Source: Candidatus Omnitrophota bacterium (GTDB taxonomy: Bacteria > Omnitrophota > Gorgyraeia > 1-14-0-20-64-10). Taken from it: 64,000 nt of DNA. Below, in pieces: positions 63,001 to 64,000 of the stretch (within the stretch, counting starts at the first letter, position 1; each line of letters opens with the position of its first letter). Under the pieces are notes generated by a model that was not told where the DNA came from, did no database searches, and saw only the letters and a program-made list of their open reading frames with translations. The stretch spans positions 4,248 through 68,247 of the forward strand of contig JAHFFE010000004.1 of the NCBI GenBank assembly GCA_023248155.1, written 5' to 3'. Both the position numbers and the translations under genes were made by a program.

Positions 63001-63998
63001 CCGATGCGTCCAGCGGTTATGTCACCCATGAAATGCCGGTAACCCTTGCGGCCGGCACGCATCAATTCCGGTTTGTCTGGTCCAATCCCGTGCCGCGCGT
63101 CAGTTTTGGCGTGCAGTCCGCCAGCTTGCGTGACAGCGATTACCTGGCTGCAGCGGATCTGAATCAGGACCGGCGCATTGATGAAAAAGACCAGGCTCTG
63201 TTCCTGGATCAGACCGGCTCAAGCGCCTGGACCCAGGCCCTTGCGATTGGCGCCAAAACCTACACGCTTTACCGCCGTCCGTCCGGCGCCATGCGGCTGG
63301 TGGATGCGGCCGGTACGGTGATTCCGAGCGACGATCAGGGCCGGTTCTTTGTGGTGAGCGGCAAGAAATACTGGATTTCGGGCGCTAAAGATTCGGCGGT
63401 CACGCTGGTGGCCGATCATGCGGCAGATCTCAATAAAGACGGTTTGATCAATGAAGCCGATGATGCTTTTCTGGCCGCTGCTCTGGCCGCGCATCAAGTG
63501 GACACCTTTGCCGAATTGCAGGAATTTGAAGCCTATGAAAAAGCCTCGGATACCGGCGCCAGCATTCATGGCCTTGTTTCGAAAGGAACCAATGCCAGCG
63601 GCGAAGGCGCCATGGGCTTCATGATGGGCTTTGGCGGGGGCGAAGAAGGCAGCCTGATGGCCAACGGCCCCTCGATCAGCTTTGATGAGACTTTGGCGGA
63701 GGCGGGCGATTACCGTATCGGCCTCTCCGCCCGCAGTTTCAGCCACGAGTTTCTGCCGGCCTGGCAGGGCTGGCAGGTGACCGGCGGTTCCAGCAGCGCG
63801 TTTACGCCCGAAGGCGCAATTTCCGTGCAGCCGGGTAATCACTGGTCGAATATGCAAAGCTGGATTGAAATCAATGGTTTGAATTTTGCCGCGGACAACC
63901 GCACGGTCCTGCTGCTGAATATGTTGACCGATGCCGGCAGTTCGGGCCGCGTCTACTTCAAGCGCACGGGCGATACCGCCTGGGATGAAGAACGCAGC
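3..63998 (+). CDS. Internal fragment of one giant ORF (at least 21,332 codons; start and stop both outside the window) encoding a multi-repeat, probably extracellular Ca2+-binding mega-protein
   Basis: Frame +3 was read codon by codon from nt 3 to 63998 and no TAA, TAG or TGA was seen. The ORF track lists + strand ORFs only in frames 1 and 2, which fits a frame 3 that never closes inside the window. The translation carries coherent, recognisable protein repeat families along its whole length. Minus-strand track ORFs translate to Arg/Ala/Gly-rich low-complexity text. Confidence 0.9.
1590..2330 (+). repeat. YD/RHS-like repeat region (e.g. YEYNLDSASHRLS, YSYNLDGTLSKVTEYYPDGTL, IRYRLDGFVDVASDYEYEGTAIRKI, TTYGLDGQVSEITTFFYD)
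   Basis: Recurrent Y-x-Y-x-L-D-G/x-x-L ... Y-x-D-G-T-L spacing resembling the RHS/YD repeat consensus; assigned by eye only. Confidence 0.35.
3130..3540 (+). repeat. Four dockerin/EF-hand-type Ca2+ loops (DINHDGIVNNYD, DLNGDGRVDAQD, DANGDGVVDQAE, DFSGSVGAGD)
   Basis: 12-residue loops matching the EF-hand/dockerin type I pattern D-x-N/D-x-D-G-x-I/V-D/N-x-x-D/E, each followed by a short amphipathic stretch. Confidence 0.6.
3540..4470 (+). repeat. Thrombospondin type-3 (TSP3)-like calcium-binding repeat array A (about 10 units: DSDGDSVSDLAETFAGTDPLSP, DTDGDGYSDSYERLTGT, DTDADGISDAFELRLGSNPFNASDLP, DADSDGLSDALELFAGSNPFDSRDIP ...)
   Basis: Tandem D-x-D-x-D-G-x-S-D-x-x-E-x-x-x-G-T/S-N/D-P units typical of bacterial TSP3-type repeats. 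Confidence 0.6.
4555..4715 (+). other. DUF4214-like motif (IYDLYRTILGRDPKKGELIRDLVDLQSGKITLESLKTQMLSSEEYAE)
   Basis: Matches the Y-x-x-x-L-G-R-x-P-D-x-x-G ... L-x-x-G ... S-x-E-F/Y pattern characteristic of DUF4214. Confidence 0.5.
4860..5290 (+). other. Peptidase C39-like (bacteriocin-processing cysteine peptidase fold) domain, probably degenerate: His and Asp motifs conserved, canonical Cys position occupied by Phe
   Basis: QQSLHFGVSAFTALTFMFEKHG aligns to the C39 Q...dCGvaaLamilk..yG block with F in place of C. LPAIIHLDGDHFAVLETVNGETVAIREYTGD...SKTEFRKHWDGFIMAP aligns to the C39 lPaIah..nHfVVl...vyiaDP...s.eeF...WtG block. Confidence 0.55.
5350..6760 (+). repeat. TSP3-like calcium-binding repeat array B (about 20 or more units, e.g. 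DADGDGLSDSLETAL, DLDGDGVSDRDELQLGTNPHDAADKP, DADGDGFSDKLELALGTSPSQAADKP, DSDGDGISDSREKLEGTGPNDGADYTG ...)
   Basis: Uninterrupted tandem D-x-D-G-D-G-x-S-D-x-x-E-x-x-x-G-T-x-P units. The underlying DNA repeats gacggcgacggc many times. Confidence 0.65.
6780..8870 (+). other. Ala-rich (Ala/Glu/Leu/Ser) predicted alpha-helical spacer with three tandem ~60-aa repeats at about 7190-7800 (unit ...KPGSDATE.V.A.AKE.V.DLAELIPGFD...IE.QF.KLA..R.DA.AAAAA)
   Basis: Translation is low in Gly/Pro and rich in Ala. The repeated unit is visible as AKAREAAFNLAELIPGFDAKMIEAQFEKLAKIRADAIAAAAAM / AKELVADLAKLIPGFDVERIEIEFDNLEEARANAAS / AKEAVLDLAELIPNAPTENIEAQFKKLATVRKDAMAAAAAA. Confidence 0.5.
8880..9010 (+). repeat. 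Two TSP3-like units ([41 protein letters not shown])
   Basis: Same D-x-D-G-D-G-x-S/G-D-x-x-E motif as arrays A and B. Confidence 0.55.
9070..16120 (+). repeat. Mega-array of roughly 70 dockerin/EF-hand-type Ca2+ loops arranged as paired loop-helix units (tandem dockerin-like modules)
   Basis: About 7 kb of consecutive loops such as ADVNGDGVINRDDLEMIEDIRKRLVDMNDDGKVDSTDIERFREVL, DVNGDGSIDGIDIRRIEMLV, DVDGDGTVDLADYERLKQLV, DVNGDGVTDISDVEKLDQLL. Loop spacing of about 22-35 aa mirrors the duplicated segment of type I dockerins. Confidence 0.65.
16160..16500 (+). other. CBM6/CBM35-like beta-sandwich module 1 (FAFTAGDHQTLYSS...YEVGLSAQTHNNLTPPAGYQYRFDAYVDNVYQGRIEIP...LDLEPGRHNLRLVWTNKEAGTNVEIKEIFAR)
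   Basis: Signature Y-x-F-x-V...G-x-Y-x-V-G-L ... P-x-G-Y-x-F ... V-D-G ... L-x-L-x-x-G-x-H-x-L-x-L-x-W-x-N ... V-x-I as in galactose-binding-like CBM6/35 modules; assigned by eye. Confidence 0.45.
16500..17790 (+). repeat. Dockerin/EF-hand-type Ca2+ loop array
   Basis: DVNGDGWFHLDD, DLNRDGVVNRAD, DMDGNGRITSRD, DVDQNGIVDDKD, DINHDGRVDHLD, DLNKNGFIDSED, DLNDDGRIDTRD, DINGDGVMDVID, DKDGDGEVTAAD. Confidence 0.6.
17830..18290 (+). other. Concanavalin-A-like (DUF1080/LamG-type) domain 1
   Basis: GIFAVQSNAQTEAWSEAGAADWRDIALGADLEFRSYSRQAGFRFRVQNDRNYYSVMLAGDRLILEAVRNNVRS...YYLEVSAMGTELHVRLNGRDMLTATDDSFAAGKIALQSTDSYVKFSNLAL. The W...G...DF-x-L...G-F-x-F-R...Y-Y...G...L...G...h-x-V-x-L-N-G...G-x-I-x-L-Q ... 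V-x-F-x-N-h pattern is typical of the DUF1080 family. Confidence 0.5.
18290..19650 (+). repeat. Dockerin/EF-hand-type Ca2+ loop array
   Basis: DLTGDGIVNSAD, NLDGNVDAAD, DFDGDTQLELED, DGDGNGLMDGRD, DFNKNGRVDDAD, DVNQDGIINDKD, DLTGDGLIDMRD, DLNNDHQVDIAD, DLDGDGVFAASD. Confidence 0.6.
19680..19970 (+). other. CBM6/CBM35-like beta-sandwich module 2 (YRFEITESGLYDVGVSLKAYDKVVAAGYEYPVDVYVDGEKKGEIRVAGSSVEFNSASLKLELPKGPHLVKFVTRTPSADNHKIQMHEAFARA)
   Basis: Same signature as module 1. Confidence 0.45.
20320..20820 (+). other. Concanavalin-A-like (DUF1080-type) domain 2
   Basis: WKTAGVETQVRLGGAGTAERSAGVILRVQDENNFVRVRIVRTGASRDALRVEKITNGAVTLLLPEVLLGAEVLTDPFYGLKVELGADTLKVFVNGALKAEKTGLGEPVQGRLALFAANTEASFDSLSV. 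Confidence 0.45.
20820..21720 (+). repeat. Dockerin/EF-hand-type Ca2+ loop array
   Basis: DLDKDGKLTASD, DINADGRLNTED, DLNRDGLAGNLD, DVNQDGVVNYVD, DINGDASVDELD, DINADGVGDKDG, DLSGDGKVDDKD. Confidence 0.55.
21790..22790 (+). other. Two tandem concanavalin-A-like (DUF1080-type) domains 3 and 4
   Basis: Domain 3: TTGWSFDTTGSWRRIAGQLVQ...NFNLSVNFRFDGTSGQPGRGGFIFRLDPVTGDHYDILVDGGVFTLRKFTGGKYQNLATHAIQADEDFHTLVLRAHEDKIEAVLDGSEILFKIQDGDLERGGLQMFTGRGTIGRFESVRVDNV. Domain 4: SVEDFVLEADLTLDG...GRQAGVLFASAADGSGYRLNFRPDSGKIELYRLQDSQAERLGYGVIPVSGWDKPYHLEIKRSGGLIRVFVNHMELISVDDRVLGGGTLSFFSENQTGLAAANVQLRKM. Confidence 0.5.
22800..23770 (+). repeat. Dockerin/EF-hand-type Ca2+ loop array
   Basis: DLTGDGTVNGTD, DYNGDKILDERD, DVNGDLALTPQD, DIDQDGFVDAQD, NINQDKSGAVNQAD, DVNGSGLTDQTD, DINRDGTIDAAD, DVDENGVVNHDD, DLNGDGSVDGFD. 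Confidence 0.6.
23830..24125 (+). other. CBM6/CBM35-like beta-sandwich module 3 (WIEFPLAIANRGTYDVGLDVINFEKFDLPAGYHYHFEVEINGAHAGDIYLPAS...LTLKLDPANYKVRFKWVNDDGRPETGVRIRTMFA)
   Basis: Same signature as module 1. Confidence 0.45.
24500..25130 (+). other. Unique non-repetitive segment of unknown function (YYTKQGEFAKSDVNKPLQANQPSDINYGLDFNNMLVNLTDKWDKIEKTEDNTKEDAGIYHIFELLALGDVTTIMAVRMLDLDLNEMVRDQVLYSADANFDSVQGIAAALEATQNRDYFLLTTAADLELTPMLLKMLDTNRDG...)
   Basis: No similarity to the repeat families seen elsewhere in the window; Lys/Glu/Leu-rich, probably helical. Confidence 0.3.
25200..26060 (+). repeat. TSP3-like calcium-binding repeat array C (about 13 units; DLDGDGLQGLIDPDSDNDGFSDGEELARGFDP, DSDGDGIADISDAN, DADHDGFSDGWETARGTNPLDAASRP, DSDGDGLTDAAESALGTS, DTDGDGFSDNEEKLLNTNPMDRDSKP ...), plus one more unit at about 26285-26380
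   Basis: Same motif as arrays A and B. Confidence 0.6.
26060..26560 (+). repeat. Dockerin/EF-hand-type Ca2+ loops
   Basis: SLDGILNERD, DLNGDALLDAKD, DIDGSGTVNELD, DFNGDQLYDQED. Confidence 0.5.
26640..26990 (+). other. CBM6/CBM35-like beta-sandwich module 4 (YDVETFGGLYQVGLSARSFDAINLPQSGYYEFDVFVDGASRGTVTMRASNLQYNTETIELNLGAGIHNIEFRWTNNGAY...ILPSVQIKDIVLR)
   Basis: Same signature as module 1. Confidence 0.45.
27550..29010 (+). other. Divergent or partial CBM-like start (IDYRFDVPTAGDYEIGLRALNGAGIAEGYQFKLNMFVDGEFTETLQVDAGD) followed by a unique ~400-aa non-repetitive domain of unknown function, ending ...TRDVRFVWANPVSANAELVLKKAFLR
   Basis: Longest stretch in the window with no detectable internal repeat; contains W/Y-rich segments (YLEYWNDAGNAPVPQNAELWSRQYYDDGLPWMGVGIAGG). 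Confidence 0.35.
29440..35490 (+). repeat. Eight consecutive ~750-800 nt super-repeats. Each is a CBM6/35-like module (starting near 29445, 30210, 30975, 31725, 32468, 33258, 34060, 35160), then a Ca2+ loop, then 2-3 Y-containing beta-hairpins (e.g. LSVNGVAYTARRTPEGALAFRKNL, LEVGGKRYEVEKLANGRFLFFDTA, VDLAGAKYAVIKLPGDLYELRPYA), then another Ca2+ loop.
   Basis: Modules: YEMDISERGDYALGLSYQRD...LALPMGPGRHRIQIFGSE; LTYEFTLDDERDYLAGALVGV...LDPGTYQLRVRWLNS; YAFDVPQAGRYVFGASGG...LTQGSNNITLRWINK; YSVTVPEAGWYEIELDGG...LNQGRNLLDFDWTNS; YEFNVETDGWYDAALVYRN...LTAGRHRVQYEWINE; YRFDVPATGYYDLGLVIQS...LEKGLRDLQFALENP; FDFTADQADTYAVGLSLRD...MAAGDHTIKFRWANP; YFYADFAPVTGGARYDIQINGA...LPLAAHKLRLVWTNP. Confidence 0.55.
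35680..36195 (+). other. Concanavalin-A-like (DUF1080-type) domain 5
   Basis: WTSAGQFAPLSGSWQYDGLRMKS...NFDLEGRLQWDWSTGAAKAGFYVRYLDANNLLKVELDRTSGRLALISIAAGKSREISTVTLEDGIDFGHIYDLKIAARGDVYTVLLDGVEQLHARVEGPASGAAAIFADDAAINFDGLTLTSY. Confidence 0.5.
36250..38400 (+). repeat. Beta-hairpin repeat block A: about 25 copies of a ~25-aa unit h-x-h-D/N-G-x-x-Y-x-h-x-x-x-x-x-G-x-h-x-L (family unassigned)
   Basis: VTLDGRVFRLQDGRPA, LLETRDTLYDVERSEAGVYTFTD, VSVQGVVYQVNAIENNQFRLTQ, VSLNGIVFTVRSENGIIRIVRP, IHAAGGWYEVTYDAGADRYHFAR, VVLDGRLYEIRVLDPAGHIRLLA, VLLNNRLFEIKKQGSQFILTN, VTVTDIAYDITTDAAGSVILRQ, VTLDGVTYEISHDPLTRDLVLER. Confidence 0.55.
38400..39280 (+). repeat. Dockerin/EF-hand-type Ca2+ loop array
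   Basis: DITGDGLMDGRD, DITQDGKVDRAD, DVNADGSVNKQD, DLDGSGAVDEGD, NMNNGDVDRDGFVTEKD. Confidence 0.55.
39285..39575 (+). other. CBM6/CBM35-like beta-sandwich module (VTYTFAVTEPGDYFTGLALRPVPGEFFDPSFVYRIEVSVDGQFKNFIDIPA...LHFADQEPGTHEISFKFVNIDARMSVEVGSVYL)
   Basis: Same signature as module 1. Confidence 0.45.
39590..40100 (+). repeat. Dockerin/EF-hand-type Ca2+ loops
   Basis: DVNEDGRVWVDD, DRNGDKLLSQAD, DYDRDGEVTRTKD, DGQRDGRIDSKD, DLTDDGHVGPED. Confidence 0.5.
40100..44340 (+). repeat. Beta-hairpin repeat block B (about 45 copies), with a short dockerin-like insert at about 43180-43520
   Basis: VRFDNTYYAVRRGADGQFILWT, AVINGVRYAIDQDVVTGRYLFEP, MRLDGEDFAVTLNELTGAYRWAS, VRIHGAAYKIRIADAQSRQIFLER, VTLDGTAYKIAVQDTARSLVRLEA, IFVNGHYYTVAIDEATGRVTLDD, IHLDGVTYSLSVSDYGAKILLEQ, VVLDGLRYEIKPYDALRYELVRG, VTLKGVRYAIENLADGTFALVSP. 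Confidence 0.55.
44400..45300 (+). repeat. Dockerin/EF-hand-type Ca2+ loop array
   Basis: DVNKDGILDKKD, DINRDGRPATED, DVNQDNVLDPND, DLDGDGGGNEKD, DLNQDGVLTASD, DLNRDHVVNGRD, DYNKDGRISNED. Confidence 0.55.
45320..45600 (+). other. CBM6/CBM35-like beta-sandwich module (ILFEAVEAVQDGRYLVGLDLLASAPATVRFEVRVDGVKAAVITADAEAGALVRGTAAIELDKGVHKIEFVRLDRPDAALDLEVHKFAI)
   Basis: Same signature as module 1. Confidence 0.4.
45600..46200 (+). repeat. Dockerin/EF-hand-type Ca2+ loops
   Basis: DINSDGILDQND, DLNRDGRVDSAD, DINRSGATTPDD, DVNEDGFVDLAD, DLNADGVIDGRD. Confidence 0.55.
46230..46850 (+). other. Concanavalin-A-like (DUF1080-type) domain 6, interrupted by a Gly/Ala linker (TGAAGAGSGAGAAGMP)
   Basis: VEDGQLWVAREELETFDSAQLADFKIENGLFRVQAG...SDFTVSTDILFTGKNAGDSVAQQTAGLSFRALDAEEYYDVVVNRSTRSLELRKL...YFNLAVEARGTSFKVFVNGTFAFEGTHALFGQGLTGLTSQGVEAYFDNFSVQTF. 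Confidence 0.5.
46850..49760 (+). repeat. Dockerin/EF-hand-type Ca2+ loop array (about 30 loops)
   Basis: DLNADGRVDAFD, DVNADGRINAAD, DVSGNGILDAAD, DVNGDGLWNRLD, DINGDRRISLQD, DMDANGKVNPTD, DQNRDGRLDDKD, DTTGDGIIDSAD, DINGDGRRLAAD, NFDGEVDERD, DLTGDGRVTAAD, DFNGDGKITGF, DRNGDGYVNQVD, DINGDKRIDEGD. Confidence 0.6.
50480..51350 (+). repeat. Dockerin/EF-hand-type Ca2+ loop array inserted within hairpin block C
   Basis: DFDLNRNGTIDADE, DINGDGLVNGID, DVDGDTLVDQTD, DQNQNGAFTSDD, DFNRDDKLSAED, DLNGDGNVNAKD, DVNGDGYVNPQD, DINNDGVVNYSD, DIDGDLIKDAKD. Confidence 0.55.
56770..57040 (+). other. Cysteine-containing insert with three closely spaced Cys pairs or knuckles (FGGSVGACSNEECESQDIL ... WIQPCGEKCIQEFVELPDGKGGFVKFELYYSNKYYDEP) in an otherwise nearly Cys-free protein
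   Basis: In-frame tgc/tgt codons: ACSNEEC (C-x4-C) and PCGEKC (C-x3-C). Other Cys I noticed in the window are also paired: CVGTTC (about nt 645-665) and CAGAMC (about nt 59630-59650). One lone Cys in FCDAEE (about nt 25955). Confidence 0.45.
60490..60620 (+). other. Gly-rich acidic flexible linker (PAQGGGTSGMEGYESGDGDQDIFEELGLNDMPGGGGSEIPDW)
   Basis: Low-complexity Gly/Asp/Glu composition between hairpin block C and the C-terminal (in window) CBM-like region. Confidence 0.5.
61350..61665 (+). other. CBM6/CBM35-like beta-sandwich module (MNYRINLTADGFYQVGLSAALSDD...EPEYVFHVFLDGHFYGDFYLQPGEDFRQAAVKLRLTPGEHDLKIVWDVPEF...LRVRRVFVMA)
   Basis: Same signature as module 1. Confidence 0.45.
62840..63135 (+). 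other. CBM6/CBM35-like beta-sandwich module (YGFTYTFDAPSAGDFMLGLKTAMLPVSGAPVQFDHFDFDVFVDGSAVRAGILRADASSGYVTHEMPVTLAAGTHQFRFVWSNPVPRVSFGVQSASLR)
   Basis: Same signature as module 1. Confidence 0.45.
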
Positions 63999-64000
63999 GT
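63670..64000 (+). other. Start of a further CBM6/35-like module, truncated by the window edge (ISFDETLAEAGDYRIGLSARSFSHEFLPAWQGWQV...)
   Basis: Begins with the same x-F-x-x-x-x-x-x-A-G-D-Y-x-I-G-L-S-A-R-S-F signature; the ORF continues past nt 64000. Confidence 0.35.

Noticed and set aside
297-63857. All minus-strand ORFs in the supplied track (61-946 aa), e.g. 53865..56705, 51237..53420, 23703..25466, 13161..14498
   Set aside because: They lie entirely within an uninterrupted + strand frame that has strong domain and repeat content. Their translations are Arg/Ala/Gly/Ile low-complexity text typical of antisense reading of a GC-rich, codon-biased gene.
1-64000. rRNA, tRNA, IS/transposon, integron or prophage features
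   Set aside because: Nothing resembling structured RNA genes, terminal inverted repeats, transposase or integrase coding sequence was seen. The entire window is accounted for by one coding frame.

Overview
The whole 64 kb window appears to lie inside one giant protein-coding gene on the + strand, with neither its start nor its stop in view. Frame +3 (codons beginning at positions divisible by 3, nt 3..63998, 21,332 codons) translates by eye from end to end without a stop codon. This was a single quick manual pass over a very long sequence, so it needs computational confirmation. The supplied ORF track fits this reading: every + strand ORF it lists is in frame 1 or 2, and frame 3 never closes inside the window. 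All minus-strand ORFs in the track, up to 946 aa, are antisense artefacts of this GC-rich, codon-biased gene.

The translated product is a highly modular, almost cysteine-free, acidic and Ca2+-loop-rich mega-protein, probably extracellular. I could recognise the following repeat and domain families:
- about 200 or more dockerin/EF-hand-type calcium loops (D-x-N-x-D-G-x-[IV]-D/N-x-x-D) in long tandem arrays;
- three arrays of thrombospondin type-3 (TSP3)-like D-x-D-x-D-G-x-S-D repeats;
- at least 18 beta-sandwich modules about 100 aa long with a CBM6/CBM35-type signature (Y-x-F-x-V-x-x-A/G-G-x-Y ... V-D-G ... L-x-x-G-x-H/N-x-I-x-L-x-W-x-N);
- about 6 concanavalin-A-like (DUF1080/LamG-type) domains;
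- a DUF4214-like motif followed by a peptidase-C39-like domain whose catalytic Cys appears to be replaced;
- an Ala-rich helical spacer;
- roughly 150-200 copies of a short (about 25 aa) h-x-h-D-G-x-x-Y-x-h beta-hairpin repeat that I cannot assign to a described family.

I found no rRNA, tRNA, CRISPR array, IS element or intergenic region. The candidate novel system is therefore the gene itself: a gene longer than 64 kb, with further sequence beyond both window edges, encoding a giant surface or extracellular Ca2+-dependent glycan-binding or adhesin-like protein built from a recurring CBM-like / Ca-loop / hairpin super-module. All domain calls are by eye from the translation. Coordinates of sub-features are approximate (about +/-30 nt), and the family assignments need an HMM search to confirm.
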